Source of the DNA: Candidatus Methylomirabilota bacterium
GTDB lineage: Bacteria; Methylomirabilota; Methylomirabilia; Rokubacteriales; CSP1-6
NCBI GenBank assembly: GCA_046726415.1
Contig: JBKPAK010000046.1
Span: 1-25,106, forward strand
Length of the DNA: 25,106 bases
Direction of reading: 5' to 3'
The position numbers and the translations under genes are program-made. Of this stretch, positions 16,677 to 25,106 are shown in pieces. Each line of letters opens with the position of its first letter. The first letter of the stretch is position 1. The notes beneath the pieces were generated by a model. That model did no database searches and had not been told where the DNA came from. It was given only the letters and a program-made list of their open reading frames with translations.

Positions 16677-17886
16677 CCGGCTGGAGGAGGAGGCACTGCC
16701 GCTCCTCGAGCCGGCCCTCGCCGTTTATCCCGCGCGCATCGGCCGCACGCGCGGCGAGGTCCGGAACGCCGCACGCATGGCCCTCGAGGGGCTGCGGCCG
16801 GACCGGGTCGAGCCCGTCGTGAAACTCCTCGACGACGTCGCAACCTATGAGTGGCCGCCCACCGCCCGCTGCGCCGGACGACGCGTCGACGTCTTCGAGG
16901 CGGCGGCCGCTCGCCACCCGCTGCTCGAGGCCGAGGTGGCGCGCCGCTTCCTCGCCGCCGCCTTCACGCCGCCGCCCGCCGATCATGCCGACGCGGTCGC
17001 CGGCTTATATGCGGACTATCCGGAGTTCCACCGCCTGGTGGCCTTCCCGGGCGACTACACGGCGGCGGCCCTGCGCGCCGACTATGACCTCGCCCAGGCT
17101 CAGGCTCTGCTGTACTCGTCCACGCGGGTCACTGTCGAGGCCGGGCGGGACTTCAAGCACATCCTGCGCTACGCGCGCCTGGCCCGCCTGCTCTGTCGTG
17201 TGGAACGGATGCGCGTGAAGCCGGCCTCTGCGCGACGCCGACCCACCCTGGCTCCTCCAACGAGTCACCACCGCGACCGCTTCGGGCCAGCTTCGCGCCA
17301 GGGCGGCGACGGCTATCGCTTCGTGCTGGACGGACCAAGCTCCGTCCTGCGACGGACACGCGCCTACGGCGTCGACTTCGCGCGGTTCCTCGCCGCTCTC
17401 GTACGCCTGGGCGATTGGCGACTCCACGCCGAGATCGAGCTGCGCAGGGGCTGGCATCCCCTGCTCTTCACGCTCACCTCAGCGGATGGGCTGGGCACGG
17501 GCCGGGAAACCCCACCGGAATTCGATTCAGGCCTGGAGGCGGCGATCGCGCGCAAGTTCGGGCAGGAGCGCGCGGGCTGGCGGCTCTCGCGGGAAGGCGC
17601 GGTGCTCGACGCCAGCGGCAGCCTCATGGTCCCCGACTTCGTCTTCTGCCACCGGGATGGCACCGAGGTTGCGCTAGAGATCGTTGGCTACTGGACGCCG
17701 GAGTACCTGGCCGACAAGCTCCGCAAGCTCTCCGCCGTGCGCAATGCGAACCTCGTGGTGGCCGTCCCTCGCCATCTTGCCGTCCGCGCGGGCTCGTTGC
17801 CCGCGACCGTCCTGCCGTTCAAGCGCCGCCTTCTGCTCCGCGACCTCCTCCCGCGCCTCGAGGCATTTCGGCCCCGGACACCTTGA
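16615..17886 (+). CDS. DUF790 family endonuclease (Bax1-like, PD-(D/E)XK fold)
   Basis: Motifs LYAD, YDLAQAQALLY, LDGPSSV...TRAYGVDFARFL, FDSGLE, VPDFVF, LEIVGYWTPEYL..KL.KL. Overlaps the helicase 3' end by 62 nt. Confidence 0.88.
   Translation: MLTAALRVYHWDRRTSSISSDRLEEEALPLLEPALAVYPARIGRTRGEVRNAARMALEGLRPDRVEPVVKLLDDVATYEWPPTARCAGRRVDVFEAAAARHPLLEAEVARRFLAAAFTPPPADHADAVAGLYADYPEFHRLVAFPGDYTAAALRADYDLAQAQALLYSSTRVTVEAGRDFKHILRYARLARLLCRVERMRVKPASARRRPTLAPPTSHHRDRFGPASRQGGDGYRFVLDGPSSVLRRTRAYGVDFARFLAALVRLGDWRLHAEIELRRGWHPLLFTLTSADGLGTGRETPPEFDSGLEAAIARKFGQERAGWRLSREGAVLDASGSLMVPDFVFCHRDGTEVALEIVGYWTPEYLADKLRKLSAVRNANLVVAVPRHLAVRAGSLPATVLPFKRRLLLRDLLPRLEAFRPRTP
17213..17298. repeat. Imperfect inverted repeat bounding an apparent in-frame insertion in the DUF790 gene
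   Basis: GCGTGAAGCCGGCC (17213-17226) pairs with GGCCAGCTTCGCGC (17285-17298): 12 of 14 Watson-Crick pairs plus one G:U. Confidence 0.5.
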
Positions 17887-17944
17887 CCACTCGTCCTTGA
17901 ATGTCCCCTTCGACGGTTGTTCGTCTGCACAAGGGGAGGACGCT

Positions 17945-18037
17945 CTACGCGGGTTGCTCAGCCCAGGGGTCGTAGGTGCCGAAGTTCCAGAGATGACCTT
18001 CGGGATCGAGGCACGAACGCGCTCGCCCATGATCTGC
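17945..18037 (-). pseudogene. C-terminal remnant of a VOC (glyoxalase/bleomycin-resistance) family gene
   Basis: Reads ADHGRARSCLDPEGHLWNFGTYDPWAEQPA*. DPEGHLW.FGTYDPW is a characteristic VOC C-terminus, and the rest of the gene is absent. Confidence 0.7.
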
Positions 18038-18047
18038 CGGCGCCGGC

Positions 18048-18077
18048 TTGACACCCGGCCCATGGCGCTCCTAAGCT
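18048..18077 (+). promoter_or_regulatory. Putative sigma70 promoter of the molybdenum hydroxylase operon
   Basis: TTGACA (18048-18053), 18-nt spacer, TAAGCT (18072-18077), then AGGAG before the ATG at 18109. Confidence 0.55.
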
Positions 18078-18108
18078 CGGCCAACCTCCGATCCTGACCA
18101 GGAGAGCC

Positions 18109-18981
18109 ATGAAGCCAGCGCGCTTCGAGTACTTCGCTCCGCGATCCGAGGACGAGGCACTCGGCCTGCTCGGCGAGTACGGGGAGCGGGCCAAGGTCCT
18201 GGCGGGTGGGCAGAGTCTCATCCCGTTGATGAACTTTCGCCTCGCCCAGCCAGAGGTCGTGATCGACATCAACCGCATCGCGACCCTCGCGTACGTCCGC
18301 GCGCACGACGGCGGCGTCGCCCTCGGCGCGCTCACCCGGCAGCACGCCCTCGAGCGCGATGCCCGAGTACGGACGCGCCTACCGGTCCTCGCCGAGGCGT
18401 GCCACCTGATCGGCCACCTGCCCATTCGCCACCGCGGCACCATCGGCGGCAACCTCGCCCATGCCGATCCTGCCTCCGAGTTACCGGCCGTGATGGTCGC
18501 TCTCGATGCCGAGATGGTGGTGGCGAGCCAGCGGGAACGGCGGAGCATTCCCGCCGTGACATTTTTCACCGGGGCCCTCACCACTGCGCTGGCGCCTGAC
18601 GAATTGCTCACCGAGATTCGCGTCCCGGGCGTGCCGCCCCACACGGGCGGCGCCTTCGTGGAGATCTCTCGCCGCGCCGGCGACTATGCTCTCGTCGGCG
18701 CCGTCGCCCTCGTCACGCTCCGGGCAGATGGTCGATGCGAGGCCGCGCGCCTCGCGCTGTGCGGGGCCGGGGCGACCCCCGTTCGCGTGGCAGCCGCCGA
18801 GCGGGTTCTCGCCGGGGAGCCCCTGGCGGGGAGCGCGCTGGACGAGGCGATACGCCTCGCCGCCGACCTTACCAGCCCTCCCTCCGACATCCACGCCTCG
18901 GCCGACTTCCGGCGCAGGCTCGCTCGTCACGTCACCCGGGGAGCACTCGAAACGGCAGCTCGCCGCGCGGGAGGCGCCTGA
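18109..18981 (+). CDS. Xanthine dehydrogenase family FAD-binding subunit (CoxM/CutM-like)
   Basis: Motifs MKPARFEY, LAGGQSLIPLM, IRHRGTIGGNLAHADPASE, SRRAGDYA, SDIHASADFR. Confidence 0.93.
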   Translation: MKPARFEYFAPRSEDEALGLLGEYGERAKVLAGGQSLIPLMNFRLAQPEVVIDINRIATLAYVRAHDGGVALGALTRQHALERDARVRTRLPVLAEACHLIGHLPIRHRGTIGGNLAHADPASELPAVMVALDAEMVVASQRERRSIPAVTFFTGALTTALAPDELLTEIRVPGVPPHTGGAFVEISRRAGDYALVGAVALVTLRADGRCEAARLALCGAGATPVRVAAAERVLAGEPLAGSALDEAIRLAADLTSPPSDIHASADFRRRLARHVTRGALETAARRAGGA

Positions 18982-18983
18982 CC

Positions 18984-19472
18984 ATGGCACGGACCGTCCC
19001 CATCACCCTCATGGTCAACGGCATCGCGCATGAGGTCGCCGTCGAGCCGCGCTGGCTCCTCGCCGACGTCCTGCGCGACACGCTCGGGCTCACGGGCACA
19101 CACATCGGCTGCGAGCACGGCGTATGCGGCACCTGCACGGTCATGATGAACGGCGAGACGGTCCGCTCGTGCTTGATGCTCGCCGTGGGCGCTGACGGGG
19201 CGGAGGTCATGACGGTCGAGGGCCTGAGTCGGGCCGACGGCCTGCACCCGCTGCAGGAGGCCTTCCGCGAGGCCCAGGGGCTCCAGTGCGGTTTCTGCAC
19301 GCCCGGCATGCTCATGATCGCCTACGAATTGCTCCGCCAGAATTCGGCGCCGAGCGAAACGGAGATTCGCGAGGCCATCTCGGCCAACCTGTGCCGCTGC
19401 ACCGGGTACCAGGGTATCGTCGATGCCGTCGCCCTCGCCGCCGCCCACGGCGCCGTGGCGGCCGCTCGCTGA
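18984..19472 (+). CDS. Xanthine dehydrogenase family 2x[2Fe-2S] subunit (CoxS-like)
   Basis: GCEHGVCGTC...SC and QCGFCTPG...NLCRCTGY. The ATG at 18984 follows GGAGG; the ORF track's longer start is an overextension. Confidence 0.93.
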   Translation: MARTVPITLMVNGIAHEVAVEPRWLLADVLRDTLGLTGTHIGCEHGVCGTCTVMMNGETVRSCLMLAVGADGAEVMTVEGLSRADGLHPLQEAFREAQGLQCGFCTPGMLMIAYELLRQNSAPSETEIREAISANLCRCTGYQGIVDAVALAAAHGAVAAAR

Positions 19473-19479
19473 GGCCCCC

Positions 19480-21873
19480 ATGGCCACCACGCCGCGTGCC
19501 TGGATTGGCAAGGACGTCCTGCGGCTCGAGGATCCCAAGCTCCTCGCCGGTCGCGCCACCTACACCGACGATGTGAAGCTCCCGGGCATGCTCCACACCG
19601 CCGTGCTCCGCAGTCCGCACGCCCACGCGCGCATCGTCCGAATCGACACGAGCCGGGCGGGCGCGTTGCCCGGCGTTTTCGCGGTGATCACCGGCGATGA
19701 CGCGAAGGCGCTGACCAATCCCCTGCCCGCCTTCTGCGCCGAACCGGTGGTCCAGTACGCCCTCGCCGTCGAGAAAGTGCGCTTCGCGGGTGAAGCGGTG
19801 GCGGCGGTCGCGGCGGTCGACCGCTACACGGCCGAGGATGCGGCCGCCCTGGTCGACGTGGAGTACGAGCCCCTCCCCACCGTCGCCGACCCGTTCGAGG
19901 CCATGAAGCCCGAAGCCCCGAAGATCCATGACACGCTGTCGAACAACGTGGTCTTCGAGAAGACGCTGTCGTTCGGCGATGTCGAAGGGCGGTTCGCGGC
20001 CGCGCATCGCGTCATCCGCCGCCGGCTGCGCTGGCATCGCGCGAGCGCCCAGCCGCTGGAGACGGCCGGGGCCGTGTGCCGGTACGACCCGGTCAGCCAG
20101 AAAATGGATGTGTGGTCGAACACCAACATGATCAACTTCGTCGGCTGGCTGGTGGCAAACACGCTGAAGGTTCCCGCCAGCAAGCTGAATCTCGTGCCGA
20201 TGTATGTGGGCGGCAGCTTCGGCTCCAAGCATGTGCTGGGCAAGATCATCGCCATCGCGGGGATGCTGGCCAAGCGCTCGGGACGCCCGGTGAAGTTCAT
20301 GGAGGACCGCGTCGACAATCTGGTGGCCTCGGAAAACCTCGCCTGCGATCGCTTCTACGACGCCGAGCTGGCCGTGGGAGCCGACGGTGTCTTCACCGCG
20401 CTTCGCGTGCGCGTGGTCGACGACTACGGCGCCTACTTCCAGTTCGGCCACGGAACGCACGGCAACGCCCTCGCCCAGGTCACCGGCCCCTATCGCCTCG
20501 ACAGCGTGTCGTACACCGTGCGGTGCGTGCTGACCAACAAGTGCCAACAAGGCGTCTTCCGGGGCGCCGGCTCCGACGCCGGAAACTTCTGTCTGGAGCG
20601 CCTGGTGGACGCCGCCGCGCAGGAGTTGGCCATCGATCGCGTGGACATTCGGCGGCGCAACTACATCCAGCCCGATCGTTTCCCCTTCAAGACGCCGGTG
20701 GGCAACGTGTACGACAGCGGCGACTACGGGGCCGTGCTGGACCGCGCGCTGGAGATGGCCGACCTGAAGGATCTGCGGCGAATGCAGCAGGAAGCCCGCG
20801 CCCAAGGGCGCTACATCGGCATCGGTCTCGCTACCGCCCACCAGCGCAGCGTCTACGGGCCGACCGAGTTCTGGTTCTGGTACGACGCGCCCGGTCTCAC
20901 CAGCGTGCCCGAGAGCGTGGGGCTGAGCCTCGGGCCCACGGGTGAGTTCGTGGCCACGATGTTCTCGCCCTTCTGGGGCAACAGCCCCGAGACGGTGGTG
21001 GCCCAGACACTGGCAGAGGAATTCGGCATCGATCCCTCGCAGGTGACCGTGACCTACGAGGACTCGCAGCACGGGCTGCCCGGCGCGGGGCCGGGCGGCA
21101 GCCGCATGGCCGTCATGCTCACGGGCGCCACCGCGGGCGCCTCCCGCAAGCTGAAAGACAAGCTCGCGCGCATCGCCGCCCACCAGTTCGAGGCGGCACC
21201 CGAGGACATCGTTTTCGCGGACGGCAAGGCGATGGTGCGCGGCATGCCGGAGCGGGCGATGACCTACGCCGACCTTGGTCTCAAGGCGTACTGGTTCAAG
21301 CTCGATCTGCCGCCCGGGATGGAGTCGGGTCTGGAAGCGCGCCACACCTACGATCATCCGTACCTCACGATGCCCTCGGCCGATCGCAAGGACCTCGGCG
21401 CCTTCTATCCGATCATGGCCCACGGCGCCCACATTCCCGTGGTGGAGGTCAACCCCGAGACAGGCCAGGTGCGTATCCTGCGCTACGTGGCCGTGCATGA
21501 CGTGGGAACGATCATCAATCCGAAGAGCCTCCGCGGGCAGATCACAGGCGGCATCGCGCAAGGCATCGGCATGGCGCTCTACGAACAGTCGGTCTATGAC
21601 AGCGAAGGCCAGCCGCTGGCCGGCACATTCATGGACTACCTCCTGCCGACGGCGATGGAAGTGCCGCGCTTCGAGGTTGGCCACGTCGAGACGCCGTCAC
21701 CGTTCACGGAGTACGGCGTGAAGGGTGGCGGGGAGGGCGGCCGAATGATCGCTCCCGCCGCCCTGGCGAGCGCCGTGGAAGACGCGCTGGCGCCACTGGG
21801 CGTCCGCATCGACGAGCTGCCGATGACACCCGAGCGCCTCTCGAACCTCGTCGAGGCAGCCCGCTCGCGCTGA
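19480..21873 (+). CDS. Xanthine dehydrogenase family molybdopterin-binding subunit (CoxL-like, not form I CODH)
   Basis: Motifs RLEDPKLLAG, LRSPHAHARI, GGSFGSK, VFRGAGS, YDSGDY, HDVGTIINP, GQITGGIAQGIG, FMDYLLP, KGGGE. ATG at 19480 after GAGG. Confidence 0.93.
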   Translation: MATTPRAWIGKDVLRLEDPKLLAGRATYTDDVKLPGMLHTAVLRSPHAHARIVRIDTSRAGALPGVFAVITGDDAKALTNPLPAFCAEPVVQYALAVEKVRFAGEAVAAVAAVDRYTAEDAAALVDVEYEPLPTVADPFEAMKPEAPKIHDTLSNNVVFEKTLSFGDVEGRFAAAHRVIRRRLRWHRASAQPLETAGAVCRYDPVSQKMDVWSNTNMINFVGWLVANTLKVPASKLNLVPMYVGGSFGSKHVLGKIIAIAGMLAKRSGRPVKFMEDRVDNLVASENLACDRFYDAELAVGADGVFTALRVRVVDDYGAYFQFGHGTHGNALAQVTGPYRLDSVSYTVRCVLTNKCQQGVFRGAGSDAGNFCLERLVDAAAQELAIDRVDIRRRNYIQPDRFPFKTPVGNVYDSGDYGAVLDRALEMADLKDLRRMQQEARAQGRYIGIGLATAHQRSVYGPTEFWFWYDAPGLTSVPESVGLSLGPTGEFVATMFSPFWGNSPETVVAQTLAEEFGIDPSQVTVTYEDSQHGLPGAGPGGSRMAVMLTGATAGASRKLKDKLARIAAHQFEAAPEDIVFADGKAMVRGMPERAMTYADLGLKAYWFKLDLPPGMESGLEARHTYDHPYLTMPSADRKDLGAFYPIMAHGAHIPVVEVNPETGQVRILRYVAVHDVGTIINPKSLRGQITGGIAQGIGMALYEQSVYDSEGQPLAGTFMDYLLPTAMEVPRFEVGHVETPSPFTEYGVKGGGEGGRMIAPAALASAVEDALAPLGVRIDELPMTPERLSNLVEAARSR

Positions 21874-21976
21874 CCGGCAGCGCAAAACTGCCTCCGCGCA
21901 AGATTCCCACCCCGGGCGATCTGCCCGCGGGCCGGCGCGCGGGCGATTTAATACCCTGAATTCATTGCGAACCTCT

Positions 21977-21992
21977 CTGGCACGGTCGATGC
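21977..21992 (+). promoter_or_regulatory. Putative sigma54 (-24/-12) promoter
   Basis: CTGGCACGGTCGATGC has exact GG-N10-GC spacing and a TGGCACG core, with an AT-rich tract upstream and GGGAGG downstream. Confidence 0.6.
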
Positions 21993-22024
21993 CCGGGGAT
22001 CTGGGCCGGGAGGACGACCAATAT

Positions 22025-22174
22025 CTGGACGCGCTTGTGGGTTACGTCTTCGCCCTGGGCATGCCGGTCTGGCTCATGGTCGAACAACTCGTTCATGCGT
22101 TCAAGGTCCCGTCGAACGTGCCCGGCTCCCTACCGTCGCGAGGAGCCGAAAAGCCTCTACGCCAAGTCGCCTGA
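22025..22174 (+). CDS. Putative small membrane protein (start uncertain: CTG 22025, GTG 22037 or ATG 21989)
   Basis: LDALVGYVFALGMPVWLMVEQLVHAFKVPSNVPGSLPSRGAEKPLRQVA has a hydrophobic N-terminus. RBS GGGAGG at 22008-22013. Confidence 0.5.
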   Translation: MDALVGYVFALGMPVWLMVEQLVHAFKVPSNVPGSLPSRGAEKPLRQVA

Positions 22175-22192
22175 GAGCGGTCTCCGCCGACC

Positions 22193-22789
22193 TCACCGCT
22201 TCTCGTGCCCGGCGGGGGGCAGGGCCACGGGCGCCCGCGCGAGGAAGGTCACGCGCGAGCGTCCGCCGCGATGCCCTTGGGACCACAGGTGTTCCAGGCC
22301 CCACAGCTCCACCCGGTAGGCGACCCGAAACAGCTCGAATCCCGATCGCTCGATGGCTCGCCTCGACGCCCGGTTGCTCGCGCGGGCAAAAATCAGCGCC
22401 CGACGCCAGTCCCTCGCCTGGGCGAAGGCGAGAAGGCGCAGCAACATCGCCCAGAACAGTCCACGGCCCCGCCAGGCCGGGATCGTGAAGGCGTCGTAGA
22501 GATAGACTTCGTCGCTTCCTGGGGCCACGAGCCGGTCGATCTCTGCCACCAACACCGGGCCCCTCGACAGCCAGCAGTACGCGATAACGTCGCGTCCGTG
22601 AAGGGCGACCACGCACACTTGACCGTCACCCAGACGCTGAAAGGCGTCCGGCTGCCAGGGGCCTCCGGCCTCACGCGCCTCCGCGGGAGTTTGCACGACG
22701 ACCAGCTCCACGGGCGGGGGCAAGGTGCCCGGCGGTACCGGGGCTTCGAGCCAACGCTCGTACAGGCACAACTTGGCGAAGCGGATCAT
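22193..22789 (-). CDS. GNAT family N-acetyltransferase
   Basis: YLYDAFTIPAWRGRGL (acetyl-CoA motif A) and NRASRRAIERSGF. Confidence 0.88.
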   Translation of the reverse strand: MIRFAKLCLYERWLEAPVPPGTLPPPVELVVVQTPAEAREAGGPWQPDAFQRLGDGQVCVVALHGRDVIAYCWLSRGPVLVAEIDRLVAPGSDEVYLYDAFTIPAWRGRGLFWAMLLRLLAFAQARDWRRALIFARASNRASRRAIERSGFELFRVAYRVELWGLEHLWSQGHRGGRSRVTFLARAPVALPPAGHEKR

Positions 22790-22844
22790 GTCCTCGGGTC
22801 GATGCCCTGACTACCTGGAAAGGAGCGAGCAACTGCGGCGATTC

Positions 22845-24728
22845 TCACTCAATGAAGCGGCGCTCCCGCAGCAGCTCGAGGAGGCGGTTCACGCTCTCCT
22901 CCACAGAGATCCGGTGCGTCGGGAGCTCCAGATCCACATGGCTGGGCTCCTCGAACACCACGCTGACGCCGGGGAACTGCCCGAGCGCGCCCTGGTCCGC
23001 CATTCGGTACGCTCCGGTCCAGTCGCGCTGCCGACAGACCTGGACCGGGGCCGAAAGATACACCGACAGAAAGCGGTGTGTCCCGACCACCTGGCGAGCC
23101 TTCTCGCGCACGGCGTCGTACGGCGCCACGAACGCGCAGATGCAGATCAAGCCGCTGTCGTTGAGGATCCGGGCCACCTCGACCGAACGGCGCAGGTTTT
23201 CCGAGCGGTCATCGGCGGTGAACCCCAGGTCGCGCGTCAAGCCTTGCCGCATGTCGGGGCCCTTGAGCACAGTCGCCGCGTGGCCGGCGTCGAAGAGCCG
23301 GCGCTCCAACGCGTACGCGATGGTCGCCTTCCCGGCGCCGGTCAGACCGAAGAGCAAGACGGTGGCGCCCCGCTGCCCGAGGCGTTGCTCCCGCTCGGCC
23401 ACGCTCACCAGGCTCCGCTGGAGCGGCAGGGGCGCAGCGATCGGCTCCCGCGCCCACAGGTCGCCGCGGCCCCGGTGCTCACTGAGCTCGAGGATCATTC
23501 CGGCTCCGACGGTGTTGTTGGTGTTCCGGTCGATGATGATGAAGGACCCGGTGGCGGGGTTGATCTTGTAGGGGTCATAGGCGATGGGCTGGTTCAACTC
23601 CAGCACCGCGTGCCCTACCTCGTTCATCAGCAACTGCTTGACCGGACGTTTCTCCAGGGTATTGACGTCCACACCGTATCGCAGCTCGGCGATCTGGCCG
23701 ATCACCGCCCGTGTCGTCTGCTTGATCCAGTAGGTCCTCCCCGAGGCGAACGGCCTCTCCCCGATCCACACCACCATCGCCTCGATCTGGGCGGAGAGGT
23801 GGGGGGCATTATCGGAGTGCACGAGCATGTCACCGCGAGAGATGTCGATCTCGTCGGCCAGGGTGACGGTGGCGGCCATCGGTGCGAAGGCCTCCTCCAG
23901 TTGCCCGTCGTAGGTGACGATTGAGCTGATCCGGCTCTGGCGACCGGACGGGAGCACCATGACGTCGTCTCCCTGGCGGAGGATACCCGAGGCGATCGTC
24001 CCCGCGAAGCCGCGAACGTCGCCGCTCGGCCGGACGACGTACTGCACGGGAAAGCGCAGGTCGGCCAGGTTGCCATCGGAGGCGATGTGCACGGTCTCCA
24101 GGTAGCTCAACAGCGGCGGCCCCAGGTACCAGGGCATGGCCGCGCTCTTGTCCACCACGTTGTCGCCCCGGAGGGCCGAGATGGGAATGAACTGGACGTC
24201 GGGAATGGCCAGCTTGGCCACGAAGCCGGTGTAGTCGGCCTTGGTCCGTTCGAAGACTTCCCGTGAGTACTCCACCAGATCCATCTTGTTGATGGCCACC
24301 ATCACGTGCTTGATCCCGAGGAGCGACACGATGAAAGAGTGCCGGCGGGTCTGGGTCATCACGCCGTGACGAGCGTCGATGAGGATGATGGCCGCGTGGC
24401 ATTTGCTGGCTCCGGTGGCCAGGTTCCGGGTGTACTGCTCGTGCCCGGGCGTGTCGGCGATGATGAACGTGCGCTTCTCGGTCGCGAAGTAGCGATAGGC
24501 GACGTCGATGGTGATGCCTTGCTCGCGCTCGGCCTTGAGCCCGTCGGTGAGCAGGGCCAGATCGACGTCCCGCTCGCCGGTGGTGCCGAACTTCGCCGAA
24601 TCGCGCTTCACGGCGGCCAGCTGATCTTCGTAGATCATCTTGGTGTCGTGGAGCAGGCGGCCGATGAGCGTACTCTTGCCGCCGTCCACGCTCCCGCACG
24701 TGAGAAAGCGCAGCAGTTCCTTGGTCAG
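22845..24728 (-). CDS. cysNC: Sulfate adenylyltransferase GTPase subunit fused to an APS-kinase-like domain (CysN/CysC); canonical start codon missing
   Basis: [58 protein letters not shown] and a C-terminal GLTGAGKAT...DRSENLRR. The conserved frame extends upstream to a CTG overlapping the cysD stop. Confidence 0.9.
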   Translation of the reverse strand: MTKELLRFLTCGSVDGGKSTLIGRLLHDTKMIYEDQLAAVKRDSAKFGTTGERDVDLALLTDGLKAEREQGITIDVAYRYFATEKRTFIIADTPGHEQYTRNLATGASKCHAAIILIDARHGVMTQTRRHSFIVSLLGIKHVMVAINKMDLVEYSREVFERTKADYTGFVAKLAIPDVQFIPISALRGDNVVDKSAAMPWYLGPPLLSYLETVHIASDGNLADLRFPVQYVVRPSGDVRGFAGTIASGILRQGDDVMVLPSGRQSRISSIVTYDGQLEEAFAPMAATVTLADEIDISRGDMLVHSDNAPHLSAQIEAMVVWIGERPFASGRTYWIKQTTRAVIGQIAELRYGVDVNTLEKRPVKQLLMNEVGHAVLELNQPIAYDPYKINPATGSFIIIDRNTNNTVGAGMILELSEHRGRGDLWAREPIAAPLPLQRSLVSVAEREQRLGQRGATVLLFGLTGAGKATIAYALERRLFDAGHAATVLKGPDMRQGLTRDLGFTADDRSENLRRSVEVARILNDSGLICICAFVAPYDAVREKARQVVGTHRFLSVYLSAPVQVCRQRDWTGAYRMADQGALGQFPGVSVVFEEPSHVDLELPTHRISVEESVNRLLELLRERRFIE

Positions 24729-25106
24729 AAGTATCCTTCCCGCTTCTTCTGTTCCATCGACGCCGCCTCATCGTCGTCGATCATCCGCCCTTGGCGCTCG
24801 CGGTGGGTGGCCAGGCGCATTTCCTCGATGATCTCGGGCAGGGTGGTGGCCGTGCTTTCGATGGCGCCGGTAAGAGGGTAGCAGCCGAGCGTGCGGAAGC
24901 GGACGACCTTCACTTGGGGCGTCTCGCCGGGGTCCAGACGCATCCGCTGGTCATCGACCATGATAAGGTGGCCCTCCCGCATCACCACCGGCCGCGGGGC
25001 CGCGAAGTAGAGAGGGACGATGGGTATCTGTTCCTGGTGGATGTACTGCCAGACGTCGATCTCCGTCCAGTTCGACAGCGGGAAGACTCGGATCGACTCT
25101 CCCTTG
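24725..25106 (-). CDS. cysD: Sulfate adenylyltransferase subunit 2 (partial; 5' end outside window)
   Basis: [51 protein letters not shown]. Confidence 0.96.
   Translation of the reverse strand, partial: KGESIRVFPLSNWTEIDVWQYIHQEQIPIVPLYFAAPRPVVMREGHLIMVDDQRMRLDPGETPQVKVVRFRTLGCYPLTGAIESTATTLPEIIEEMRLATHRERQGRMIDDDEAASMEQKKREGYF

Noticed and set aside
15219..17886. Type III restriction-modification system
   Set aside because: No methyltransferase gene is present, and the motifs and partner fit XPB/DUF790 rather than Res/Mod.
2411..21684. Long antisense or alternative-frame ORFs (e.g. 2411-3934, 11301-13154, 14958-16571, 19312-21684)
   Set aside because: Shadow ORFs expected in high-GC DNA opposite well-supported genes, with no recognisable motifs.
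19480..21873. Aerobic CO dehydrogenase (form I coxL)
   Set aside because: It lacks the Cu-binding AYxCSFR motif, and no coxDEFG genes are adjacent.

Overview
GC-rich bacterial chromosomal window. The gene content (Tat-exported family-5 solute-binding protein, CoxMSL-like enzyme, GC-rich palindromic repeats) resembles Candidatus Rokubacteria, but that assignment is inference only. Intact genes encode: a conserved hypothetical protein with a Cys/His motif, a secreted cupredoxin, an orphan peptide-type ABC substrate-binding protein, PutA, an NYN-domain protein, a Pro-rich secreted protein, an acyl-CoA carboxyltransferase, YqeY, a DAO-family oxidoreductase, an overlapping XPB-like helicase plus DUF790 (Bax1-like) nuclease pair, a three-subunit molybdenum hydroxylase, a GNAT acetyltransferase and cysD-cysNC. 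Between these lie several gene remnants: a phnD::phnC deletion fusion, alpha/beta-hydrolase and VOC fragments, and a probable frameshifted gene. There is also a ~470-nt array of degenerate palindromic repeats that supplies the NYN gene's stop codon, and several unannotated small ORFs with promoter or RBS signals, one behind a sigma54-type promoter. No rRNA, tRNA, CRISPR-cas or transposase was recognised.
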